Of a stretch of DNA of 64,000 nt, positions 54,259 to 63,203 are shown in pieces. The notes under the pieces are model-generated. The model was given only the letters and a program-made list of their open reading frames with translations, was not told the DNA's origin and did no database searches. Made by a program: the position numbers and the translations under genes. This DNA is from a virus, in the IMG/VR virus record IMGVR_UViG_3300049255_000083, positions 13,952-77,951 of that record; one strand, 5' to 3'. Position 1 is the stretch's first letter. The number at the start of each line of letters is the position of its first letter.

Positions 54259-56745
54259 TCACTGGAAGACGCCGTCGATGCTCACGATTCCGCGGTTGAT
54301 CTGCCCCGAGGTCAGGTTGCCCGAGGGCACGCGCAGGATGATGTGGACGTACTTGCCGCCGTAGCACGCCTGCGGAACCTTCGGGGTCCAGATGAGCTGC
54401 GCAGGGTTCATCGCGTCACCGACGGAGGCGCTCTTCGGGGCCTGTTGCATGCCGAGCGCGTAGCGGACAGGCGGGTTTGGGGCGGCGGTTGCGAGCGACA
54501 CGGCGCTCGATCCCACGGCCAAGCCCCACTGGAGGACCGTGGGCGCGGTCGTGCTTTGGACACCAAGGAGCACCGTCTGGATCGTCACGCTGTAGATGAG
54601 GAGCGTGAAGTTCGCCGGGACTTGGTACGCGAAAAGGATGTAGTCGGTTTCCGCACTCGCCGGGGTGTTGAAAGCGAAGAGGCCGCCGAGGGTCGAGTAC
54701 GCCGCCGCCGTGTTCGAGAGCGAGGCCGCCGAGATGGTCGCAGGGGCCGCGCTGTTCGTGAAGTTCTGGAGCTGGGTGCCGGCGAGCGGGTCGAGGTTGC
54801 CGTGACGGCCGGCGTCCGCGAGCTGGACCTCCCAGGCCTTGTTCGTAGCGACGTCGAGCTGCGAGACCGTGACGCCCGTGAGGATCGCATCGGGCGCGGA
54901 CGAGGGAGCCGAGCCCGTGTTGTAGACGCGGACCGCGACCGGCGTGTGGCCGAGCTGGATGAGCGCACCCTGCGTCGCGGCGATCTGGAGCGTTGAGGTC
55001 GCGAAGACCGAGTTGTCGAAGTTGAGGATGTCGAGGCGGGCGAGGGTGCCGTACATGTAGACGACGAACGTGTAGTAGTCCGCCGCCGTGAGGGTCGGCG
55101 TCACGGTCGCCGTGACCTCGGTCCCGTTGAAGTTGATGACGAACTGCTGGGTGCCCGACGAGTTGATGCGGAAAAAGACACCGTTCGTCGGAGCCGAGGT
55201 GCCCGAAGCCGTAAGAAACCCGAGTTCGATGACGGAGTTCGTCTGCGGCGTGAGCTTCGCCTTGATGCGGCACTCGAGGGCGTACTCGCCCGTGTACATG
55301 AACGACTTGTTCGACGTGAGGATCGAGTAAGTGCTCGCCGTCGTCGTCGAGTTGTGGTTCATGTCGAACGACGTCTGGGCCTGAGCCTGCGTCATCGTCG
55401 ACGTAGACTGCGCCCACTTGAACGTGTTGACGTTCGTGCCGTCGAAATTTTCGACGAAATTGAGCGTCTCGATGCTGGTGCGGAGGCGGTACGACTCACC
55501 GAAAGCGAACTCCCCGACGAGGGCGTTGTCGGTGAGCGGCGCCATAAGCACCGGGTTGCCCACGATGGCCGCGCCACCCGCGGCGCCGCCGACGACGAGC
55601 TGGCGACCCGACCCGTCCGTGCTCAAGGCGCGGAGGTTCGTGCCGTCCCAGCCGGCGACGTAGACGGGGTTGCCGACCGGAGCGCTTCCGGCCGCCCCGA
55701 GACCGCCGACTTCCGCAAGGAGGTTGGCGGCCGTCGTGTTCGTCACCGCCAGAGGGTGCGACGAAGTGCCGAGGACGTTCGTGCCGTCCGTGATCTCGAC
55801 CGGCCACGCGGCCGAGAGAGCCGCAGCAGTGCCCTGGGCCACAGTCCAGGTGCCGCTCTGGGTGGCGGCGACCGTCCACGAGCCGCTCTGGGTCGCGGCG
55901 ACGCTCCATGAGCCGCCCTGGTTCGCCGTCACGGTACCCGAGACCGGCTGGGTGGTCGTTCCGGTCGGGTCGACGCGCACCGGGTGGCTGCTCGTGCCGA
56001 GGACGTTCGTCCCATCCGTCAGCTCGACCGGCCAGGCGTTCGCAAGCGTGTTCGGAGCGCCCTGGGTGACGGTCGCGAGGAGGTTGGCCGCCGTCTGATT
56101 GACGGGGCGGACCACGAGACCGTAGTCGCTCGTGGCCGGGTCCGCATTCTTGACGGTCGTCGGGCGGAGGTTGCCGGAGCCGTCGGGACCGCCGACCTGC
56201 GTCGAGGACGTGGGCGCCGTGGAGCCGTCCGTACCGACGGACGGGTTTGTCGCCGTGATGGAGCCAGTGACGGGGATGGCCGTGCCGCTCGCAGAGCCCT
56301 GGATGGTGAGGACCGCGCTGCCAGGCGTACCGGCAGTGCCGAAGACCGGGTTGCCCGAGGCGTCGTAGAGCGACGCCGTTCCCGCGACCTTCGAGATCAG
56401 GCTCGCGTAGACTCCGTTGAACGTTGGAGAGCCCGAGCCGCCGATCGTCCACGTGACCTTCACGGTGCCGCCGTACATGATCGGCAGCGAAACGATCTGC
56501 GTGCCGGTCGCCGTGATGGCGGAGCCCGTCTTCGAGTTGCCGAGCGCCGTCGTCTGGTCACCGGGATCGACCTCTTGGATCGAGAAGGTGAGGGTCGGCG
56601 TTGTGCCCGTCACGGACCCGCTCACGTTGATGAGCAGGTTCAGCTCCTTGGCACCGAAGCCGTCGAACACCGCGGACCCGCTCGCGGTCACGGTCTGGTT
56701 CGAGAGAACTACTTGCCGGTAGTCCTGCAAGACGACTTCAGCCAT
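54259..56745 (-). CDS. Fibre-like protein, 828 aa
   Basis: Shared N-module, TQSG(S/T)W(S/T)VAA repeats, one LamG-like domain, C-domain shared with 56799..57833. Confidence 0.75.
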   Translation of the reverse strand: MAEVVLQDYRQVVLSNQTVTASGSAVFDGFGAKELNLLINVSGSVTGTTPTLTFSIQEVDPGDQTTALGNSKTGSAITATGTQIVSLPIMYGGTVKVTWTIGGSGSPTFNGVYASLISKVAGTASLYDASGNPVFGTAGTPGSAVLTIQGSASGTAIPVTGSITATNPSVGTDGSTAPTSSTQVGGPDGSGNLRPTTVKNADPATSDYGLVVRPVNQTAANLLATVTQGAPNTLANAWPVELTDGTNVLGTSSHPVRVDPTGTTTQPVSGTVTANQGGSWSVAATQSGSWTVAATQSGTWTVAQGTAAALSAAWPVEITDGTNVLGTSSHPLAVTNTTAANLLAEVGGLGAAGSAPVGNPVYVAGWDGTNLRALSTDGSGRQLVVGGAAGGAAIVGNPVLMAPLTDNALVGEFAFGESYRLRTSIETLNFVENFDGTNVNTFKWAQSTSTMTQAQAQTSFDMNHNSTTTASTYSILTSNKSFMYTGEYALECRIKAKLTPQTNSVIELGFLTASGTSAPTNGVFFRINSSGTQQFVINFNGTEVTATVTPTLTAADYYTFVVYMYGTLARLDILNFDNSVFATSTLQIAATQGALIQLGHTPVAVRVYNTGSAPSSAPDAILTGVTVSQLDVATNKAWEVQLADAGRHGNLDPLAGTQLQNFTNSAAPATISAASLSNTAAAYSTLGGLFAFNTPASAETDYILFAYQVPANFTLLIYSVTIQTVLLGVQSTTAPTVLQWGLAVGSSAVSLATAAPNPPVRYALGMQQAPKSASVGDAMNPAQLIWTPKVPQACYGGKYVHIILRVPSGNLTSGQINRGIVSIDGVFQ

Positions 56746-56798
56746 GTGATGTCACTCCTTCGACCTTTGCAGCCGTAACAACGGATTGTGGAAGGTTT

Positions 56799-57833
56799 TT
56801 ACTGCTGGAAATAGCCTTCCACCGTGACGGTGCCTCGAAGGATCTGATTCGGCGTGGCGTTGCCCATAGGGACGCGCAGGATGACGTGAAAATAGTACGT
56901 CGGGTTCACGACAACCGGGATGTCCGGCACGAACTCCACGGGGCCGGGCGTGAAAGTGTCCCCTACATCGGAACTCTTGGGAGCCGATTGGACCCCCACT
57001 GGGAATCGGATGGGAGGGTTGGCCCCTCCCGTGGCGAGAGACACCCCGCTCGAGTTGGCGGCAAGTGCCCACTGGAGCACCGTGGCCGAGGTGCTGCTTT
57101 TCGCCCCAGCGATGAACGTCTCGATGCTCACGGAGTCCACATACAGGTGGTAGCCGGTGGGTACTTGGTACGCGAAAAGGGCGTAGTCCGTCTCCGCCCC
57201 GGCTGGAGCGGAGAACTGGAAGAGTCCTCCGAGCGTCGTGTAACCGGCCGCCGTGTTCGAGAGCGTCGCGGTCGTGGGCCCCGTGCTATTGGCGTAGTTC
57301 GCGGACTGGAGGCCCGTCGACGGGTCTTTGATGAGGTTGAGGCCCGCCGCCGCTTGCCCTGTCTCTGCCCCGACCGTGATGGCGCGACCCGTCGAATCGA
57401 CGAGAAGCGCGTGCTCCGTCCCCGAGGAGTCGACGCCAGAATCGACGGTCGTGTTCTTGGTCGTGAGCGTCGCGTAGACGCCCGTGAAGCTCGGACTCGT
57501 GCCCGTGACCGTCCACGAGACCTGGACGGCGCCTGAAAGCGTCAAACGAAGCGTGAGAAGCTGCGTGCCGGCTGCCGAGAGGGCCGTGCCGGTGACGCTC
57601 GAGCCCACAGGGGTCGTCCCATCGCCGGGGTCAATCTCTTGGAGACTGTACGCGATGGTCGGGAGAGTCCCGGTCGGGGCGTTTTTGATGTTGATGACGA
57701 GCGTGATCTCGCGCGTCCCGAAGCCAGTGAAAACCTGCGACCCGGAAGCCGTGACGGTGGCGTTCGACTGAACCGTCTGTTGGTTCGGGTCGATGAAGAC
57801 CGGGCCGGGGGATAGGAGGAAAACGCCGGGCAT
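56799..57833 (-). CDS. Short fibre-like paralogue, 344 aa
   Basis: Shared N-module and C-domain. Confidence 0.75.
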   Translation of the reverse strand: MPGVFLLSPGPVFIDPNQQTVQSNATVTASGSQVFTGFGTREITLVINIKNAPTGTLPTIAYSLQEIDPGDGTTPVGSSVTGTALSAAGTQLLTLRLTLSGAVQVSWTVTGTSPSFTGVYATLTTKNTTVDSGVDSSGTEHALLVDSTGRAITVGAETGQAAAGLNLIKDPSTGLQSANYANSTGPTTATLSNTAAGYTTLGGLFQFSAPAGAETDYALFAYQVPTGYHLYVDSVSIETFIAGAKSSTSATVLQWALAANSSGVSLATGGANPPIRFPVGVQSAPKSSDVGDTFTPGPVEFVPDIPVVVNPTYYFHVILRVPMGNATPNQILRGTVTVEGYFQQ

Positions 57834-57836
57834 CGC

Positions 57837-58553
57837 TCACACGTTCCGCACGACGGTCTCACCCGTCACTGTGTTGCCCGTGTATGAGTAGCTGATTGTG
57901 ACCTGGGCGATGATCGTTACACCGTCCGTGGCGTAAACTTTGCGTACCTCCTGCGTGTACTTGCCGCCCGTGTACGTGTAGTCGATCGTCTTGATGGTCT
58001 TGCCGCTCGAAGTGTTGACCCACTTCTCCTGCGTGACCGTGTTGCCCGATCGGGTGTTCGAGTAGGTCGTGCCCGTCGCCACGGGCTCGCTATCGAGCAG
58101 CTCGTGGTTCGAGATGTCCGTGATCGCGGGCTGGACGAGGTTTTGGGACGTGATGTTCTGCTTGGTCTGCGAGTAGCCGACGTCCTGGGCTCCCGAGGGG
58201 TACCGGAAGTTCGCGGAGCCGCCCGTGGAATTCCCAACGGTGCCACTCACCGTGAACTGCGTGTCGGAGACAACGCTCGCGACCTCAAAGGTACCGTTGC
58301 CGGCGCCACCGCTCGTGCCCGTGATGTCCACGAGGTCACCGTTGCCGCCGACCGCGATGGCCGCGGACCGGACGGGGTGATCGCGGCTCGTGAGGATGCC
58401 CTCGCCGTCGGAGGCCAGCGCAACGTTCACGATGTTCGGAGCAACGGTCGACGTGACGGTCAGCGTCAAGTAGACGACCGTGCTGTCCGAGTTCAGTTGC
58501 GCGGCATCGTAGAAATCATACGGACCGACGTCCGGCGCGAGAATCGGCGGCAT
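57837..58553 (-). CDS. Virion structural protein, 238 aa
   Basis: GNGTFEV module; C-terminal YTYTG beta repeats. Confidence 0.65.
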   Translation of the reverse strand: MPPILAPDVGPYDFYDAAQLNSDSTVVYLTLTVTSTVAPNIVNVALASDGEGILTSRDHPVRSAAIAVGGNGDLVDITGTSGGAGNGTFEVASVVSDTQFTVSGTVGNSTGGSANFRYPSGAQDVGYSQTKQNITSQNLVQPAITDISNHELLDSEPVATGTTYSNTRSGNTVTQEKWVNTSSGKTIKTIDYTYTGGKYTQEVRKVYATDGVTIIAQVTISYSYTGNTVTGETVVRNV

Positions 58554-58560
58554 CCAAAGG

Positions 58561-59034
58561 TCAAGGCTTCTTCGAGCGCTTGCCTCCGGAGGGCTTGTTG
58601 TTGGCCTCCGACTTCACCTCCGGCGTCCCTGCCCCCTCTTGAGCCGGGTTCGTGGGAGAAGCATGGACTTCCGGTTTCGCAGACTCCGCCTTCTCCTTTT
58701 CACGCTCGGCCATCTCCTGAAGACGGCGTTCCTCGAGCGTCGCGAACCCGTTGATGACCGAGTAGAGCACGCTGCTCATGGCCGAGAACCCGTGCGCTTG
58801 AGCCACGAGAGCGTGGTACTTGCGGAGGTGATCCTCCGCGTCTGCCATGCACTGTTGACGTCGACGCTCACCCTCTTGAAAGAGCTGCATCACCGTCTGG
58901 AGGTACGTGTCCGGTGTTGCTGCCCCGAGCTTGAGGAGATCCCCCACGCGCTTGCGCAGCCGGACGAGTTCCTCGGCCGGCTGGTAGTTCGTGTAGTTCG
59001 GGATGTCGAGCCTGGGCGGGATGACGTTGTTCAT
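58561..59034 (-). CDS. Helical hypothetical protein, 157 aa
   Basis: ATGA-coupled start at 59034. Confidence 0.65.
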   Translation of the reverse strand: MNNVIPPRLDIPNYTNYQPAEELVRLRKRVGDLLKLGAATPDTYLQTVMQLFQEGERRRQQCMADAEDHLRKYHALVAQAHGFSAMSSVLYSVINGFATLEERRLQEMAEREKEKAESAKPEVHASPTNPAQEGAGTPEVKSEANNKPSGGKRSKKP

Positions 59035-59270
59035 TTGATCTCTTTCTTTTGCTGGCCTGCAATCGCGTTCGCGATGACGAGGCACGGCTCACAATACACA
59101 CCGTCCACAGACGGGTTGGAGTCGCACGACACCTGGAAAAACTTGGTGCGCTCCAAAGGGGCCTTCGTCCCGCCCCGGTGCCACCACTCCGGCGCTTCGT
59201 GGCCGGAGTGGCAGTAGCGGTTCGGGGGCGTCGAGACCTCCTTCACCGTCATGCCGGGGCGCATCATCAC
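59031..59270 (-). CDS. Small Zn-finger-like protein, 79 aa
   Basis: CHSGH...YCEPC. Confidence 0.6.
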   Translation of the reverse strand: MMMRPGMTVKEVSTPPNRYCHSGHEAPEWWHRGGTKAPLERTKFFQVSCDSNPSVDGVYCEPCLVIANAIAGQQKKEIK

Positions 59271-61273
59271 AGGATGAAGTAGCTGATGTGGTCGTTCGCG
59301 TTGATTCGCGAGTACGGCGTGATGTGGGTTGTGTCCGTCTCCTGGTAGTCGTCACCGTTCGCGACGGTGCCGGGGTCGCGCATCAAACCGCGCCAGAACA
59401 CCCACATGTACTTGCCGTTGTTCGTGCCGTCGAGCGTGTACGACGCGCCACCAGGGAGGACGTGGCTCGTATTGGCCGGGATCGCCGCCGAGAGGCGCTC
59501 GATGTAGCGGACGACCGACTGCGAGCTGATGGCGTTCGAGAGCGCCTGGAGCGACGCCGTGATCGTCTGGCCGTTCGTGAGGTACGGACCCGTGTACGTG
59601 CGGTTGCCGGTCTGCTGATTCAGGGCGTTGAGCGCCGAGACCACCGTGTCGCCGGCACCGCCAGGCAGCGTCGAGAACGGGAAGTAGTTGCCCGTGTTCG
59701 TGAGGTACGACGAGAGGTTCGTCGTACCGTCCACCCACCCGCCCGTGGACTGGAGATCCGCGATGTCCTGGCGGAGATCGGCGTCACCCGTGAGGCCCGA
59801 GACGAGCGGGAACCGGAAAGCGTTCTGGTCGAGCTGGTCGAGGCGCTGGTTGTAGCCGTAGGTCAGGTCGACGAACGTCGGGACGAGCTTGTTGTACTCC
59901 GCCCACCCGACCGAGTGGGTCTCCGTGATCGCGGCGTGGTTCTGGATCGTGATCGCCGTCGTGCTCTGGACCGAGATGATGACGAAGTAGCCGTTGTTGG
60001 CCGAGTTCGTGAACCCGGTCAGGTTGATCCACTTGCCGACGTCGGCGTTCGTGAACGTGCCGCCCGTGAGGCCCGTGAGCGTTGCCGCACCATTGGTGGT
60101 CGGCGTGATCGTGACGGCCGTGGTGCCCGTGTTCGTGCCGGTCGCCGAGCCGACTTCCCACGTGTACGCGGTCGAGCTGGTCGCGATGTTCCCGCCGTTC
60201 GGGCACGAGTACCAGTGGATCTCGACGCTGTTGGGCGAGGTGGACGACCCGCCGTAGGTGATGCCGAAGATGTGCTCACCCGCGTGCAAACCGCTCTGGA
60301 CTTCGAGTTCGTTGCCCGTCGTCGCGTCCGTGACCTCGACGTAGGTCGAGTTCCAGTCGCTCGTGAACGGAGCGGCATCGAAGCAAGGTACGCCCGTGTT
60401 GTCCACGCTGTCCGCGTGCTTGAGGGCACTGGTCGCGTAGATGTCCGTGAGCGTCTGCTCGACCGCCAAGTTGAACTGGCCGCGGTTCACGCTCTTGGCG
60501 AAGGCGTCGAGCGTCTTGCCCGCGATGTTCGCAATGCTCGCCGGGACCGCGACGCCCGAAAGGGTCGGGCGCGTGTACGTGGGCATCGGCTGGTCGTAGT
60601 TGACGCCCTTGATGTACGTGCGGTCCGAACGCTCGAAGTCGAGGTCGTCGTTGAGGCTGTACGGCAGGCGCTCGACCCACGAGATGTTCGGGTTGTTCGC
60701 GTCGCTCGCGACGGCAGCGGCGTTGGCGTAGCTGACGCTCGTGGCCGAGTTGAACGCCGTGATGAGGAAGGTGCCGTTGTTGCCCGCCGAGGCCGCGCCC
60801 GAGATGGTGATGAAGTGCCCGACGGAGTTGGCGCTCATGTTCGCGACGCCCGTGATGGTCGCGATGCCACTGCTCACGGTCGTGATCGAGGCGGACTTGC
60901 CCGCGTTGTACTGCTCCCATTCGAGAGCGCCCGAGTTCGGCTCGGGGAAGTACCCGCTCGCATTCGTCAGGACATCGACCGTGGCGCTCGAGTTGGCGTT
61001 CACGAGGAAGACGCCGTTGTTGCCGGCGATGGCCGCGCCTCGAATCGAGATGAGCGTGCCGACGCTCGAGGCGGACTGCCCGGTGAGGCCGCCCACGGTG
61101 AGGTTCGGGCTGGCGAACGCGGTGATCGTGGCCGTGCTGCCGCTCGCGAGGATGACCGGAGACCCCAACCCCCCGGTCTCGTCCGTGAGAAGACGGTCGT
61201 TCGCCTGGCGCTCGACAGACCCCGCGATGTCGAGAAGCTGGTCGAGAGCGTTGTAGCGCGAGAAGCCTGCCAT
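59267..61273 (-). CDS. Multidomain virion structural protein, 668 aa
   Basis: Three NNG(V/T/Y)F barrel-like repeats; C-terminal VFWRGLMRDPG..DDYQE Ig-like domain. Confidence 0.7.
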   Translation of the reverse strand: MAGFSRYNALDQLLDIAGSVERQANDRLLTDETGGLGSPVILASGSTATITAFASPNLTVGGLTGQSASSVGTLISIRGAAIAGNNGVFLVNANSSATVDVLTNASGYFPEPNSGALEWEQYNAGKSASITTVSSGIATITGVANMSANSVGHFITISGAASAGNNGTFLITAFNSATSVSYANAAAVASDANNPNISWVERLPYSLNDDLDFERSDRTYIKGVNYDQPMPTYTRPTLSGVAVPASIANIAGKTLDAFAKSVNRGQFNLAVEQTLTDIYATSALKHADSVDNTGVPCFDAAPFTSDWNSTYVEVTDATTGNELEVQSGLHAGEHIFGITYGGSSTSPNSVEIHWYSCPNGGNIATSSTAYTWEVGSATGTNTGTTAVTITPTTNGAATLTGLTGGTFTNADVGKWINLTGFTNSANNGYFVIISVQSTTAITIQNHAAITETHSVGWAEYNKLVPTFVDLTYGYNQRLDQLDQNAFRFPLVSGLTGDADLRQDIADLQSTGGWVDGTTNLSSYLTNTGNYFPFSTLPGGAGDTVVSALNALNQQTGNRTYTGPYLTNGQTITASLQALSNAISSQSVVRYIERLSAAIPANTSHVLPGGASYTLDGTNNGKYMWVFWRGLMRDPGTVANGDDYQETDTTHITPYSRINANDHISYFIL

Positions 61274-61287
61274 GGGGTGAAATCTCC

Positions 61288-61797
61288 TTAGAGCGGTGCG
61301 ACCTGGTAGTCCGAGACGAGCGTGGACACGCCAACAGGCAAGAAAGTCAAAAGGTTTATTGTGTCGAAGCCCGTGCCAGCACCCCCGCTCTCCGAGCAGA
61401 AGAAGTCGCCGAAGCGCGGGTCAGACGTAGGCGACTCGATGAGACGGCGCCCGTTGTGGAAAACGTCGATGGAGACACCGTTCGCGTGTAGGAACTTGTC
61501 CGGCGTCGTGAACACCCGGTTGGTCCCGTCGAGCGGCCCGATGAGGTGGATGCCGGTCTTGCGCTGACCGACCGAGATGAGCGGCAGAATGCCGAGCGCC
61601 TGGAAGTTGTCGTACCAGTGGCGGCTCGGGTCGTTGCCGAAAATGATCTCGCGCAGCCGCGAGAGGAAGAAGACCTGGTAGTCCTCTTCCGTGAGCGACG
61701 ACGGGATCGCAAGGGTGATCTGCGCGGGCGTCTTGTTGTCCGCGAGGTTGTCCGCCAGCCGGACGCGCCTATCTCTGATGCGCGTGGGGCCACCCAT
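61288..61797 (-). CDS. Virion protein with a DGTN-F Ig-like domain, 169 aa
   Basis: GPLDGTNRVFTT...VFHNGRRL...GTGFDTI; paralogous to 61813..62130. Confidence 0.65.
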   Translation of the reverse strand: MGGPTRIRDRRVRLADNLADNKTPAQITLAIPSSLTEEDYQVFFLSRLREIIFGNDPSRHWYDNFQALGILPLISVGQRKTGIHLIGPLDGTNRVFTTPDKFLHANGVSIDVFHNGRRLIESPTSDPRFGDFFCSESGGAGTGFDTINLLTFLPVGVSTLVSDYQVAPL

Positions 61798-61812
61798 GGA
61801 AACCTCAGGACG

Positions 61813-62130
61813 TTAGGGAGTGATGTAGTCGACGAAGAGGTGATCGTCCGCGTAGGGAGCCTCGTTGAGTACAACCGTGTCGAATCCGGTCCCTGGTCCC
61901 TGACTCTCCACAGTCACGTAGTCGTCGAGTAGCGCGAGCCTCATCCCGTTCAAGTAGACGTGAATTCCGAAAAAGGGGAGGTTCTGGACGTAGTGCTCTC
62001 CTCCGGGCGTCGTGAACGTCACGTTCGTCCCATCCCTCGCCCCCATGAGCGTCTGCTGATCGCGGAATCTGTCCGCCGCGATGAACAGCGTCCGTGCGAG
62101 CTGAAGGGAGAGATAGTTTATGAGGTACAA
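61813..62130 (-). CDS. Virion protein with a DGTN-F Ig-like domain, 105 aa
   Basis: GARDGTNVTFTT...VYLNGMRL...GTGFDTV. Confidence 0.65.
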   Translation of the reverse strand: MYLINYLSLQLARTLFIAADRFRDQQTLMGARDGTNVTFTTPGGEHYVQNLPFFGIHVYLNGMRLALLDDYVTVESQGPGTGFDTVVLNEAPYADDHLFVDYITP

Positions 62131-62157
62131 GACGCACCCGGCCCTCCCTCCAGACCG

Positions 62158-62787
62158 TTACCTCGGGAACGCGAGCGTGCAGGTCGCGGAGAAGTTCACC
62201 GCCCCACCACCGCCGCGAACCCAGAGGCTTCCTTGCGATGCGTAGATCGTCGAGAGGCCATAGAACCCGAGCTTGGGTCCGATGGCGACCTCGGGACCGC
62301 TCTGCTCGGTAGAGACGTAGAGCGTGTTGGTCGCGTCGTTGTTCGTGATCTCCAAGTTCTGCATCAGGCTCGGAAGGTCGAGCTGAAGAGAGTTCGCGCT
62401 CGAGGCGCCGCTCGGGGCGTTCCCCTGGATGGTCACGATCCCCTGCCCCTTGTTTGCCGTGTCCGGCAGAAGGAGCGTGGGGGCCGACACCGCGGAGCCG
62501 TTGCGCCAGAGCTGGAGCCAGAAGCTCTTGGTGTCGTCGATGGAGAACGTCGTCGGGTCGAACGTCATCCGCACGAAGCCGTTGGTGTCCTGAAGCTCCG
62601 TCTTGCCCCGCGGGATGTTGTCGTCGTAGTACCCGATGTTCGAGCAGGAGAAGAGGCTCGCAAACGTCCCGTCGAAGTTCTGCGCCCAGTAGACGGCGTA
62701 GGCCGTCGTTCCGGAGACCACGGATGTGAGTAGGTCCACCACGTGGGGGCGGCGGCGGAAACACGAGAAAGTGCGGATGTTGCTCAT
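62158..62787 (-). CDS. Virion structural protein, 209 aa
   Basis: Beta-rich; LEITNNDATNTLYVS. Confidence 0.65.
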   Translation of the reverse strand: MSNIRTFSCFRRRPHVVDLLTSVVSGTTAYAVYWAQNFDGTFASLFSCSNIGYYDDNIPRGKTELQDTNGFVRMTFDPTTFSIDDTKSFWLQLWRNGSAVSAPTLLLPDTANKGQGIVTIQGNAPSGASSANSLQLDLPSLMQNLEITNNDATNTLYVSTEQSGPEVAIGPKLGFYGLSTIYASQGSLWVRGGGGAVNFSATCTLAFPR

Positions 62788-63191
62788 GTGCTCGATCCTT
62801 CCCGCCTAATGAGAGGAGTATATGTGGCGGTGTCCTTGCCGTCCTTTCGGGCGTGCTCCTGGGCCTCCCGCCAGCTCTCCGTCTGCTGGCCCTCGTAGTT
62901 CGGGATGAGCTTCGTCTTGAAGACGTGATCCCGCTCGCGCCGGGCCATCTCGACCCGGTGCTTGGCTCGCCACGTGTTCTCCTTGATCGCCTTGCTCTGG
63001 AACCCGCCGGTTTCGCCGTCCTTCATCACGAAGGACACGTTGCCGGGGTTGAACACGAGCTTGGCCTGGCCATGGCACGAGGCGCACTCGAGCGACTTGG
63101 CACCGAGCTTCACGCTCTCGTAGTCGACCATGGACATGCGGACGCTGGCTTCAGCTCCGCAGCCCTCACATCGGGTGGAGTAGTTGGGCAT
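62784..63191 (-). CDS. FmdB-family zinc-ribbon protein
   Basis: MPNYSTRCEGCG...LECASCHG. Confidence 0.75.
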   Translation of the reverse strand: MPNYSTRCEGCGAEASVRMSMVDYESVKLGAKSLECASCHGQAKLVFNPGNVSFVMKDGETGGFQSKAIKENTWRAKHRVEMARRERDHVFKTKLIPNYEGQQTESWREAQEHARKDGKDTATYTPLIRREGSST

Positions 63192-63203
63192 GGTTCTGAT
63201 CTC

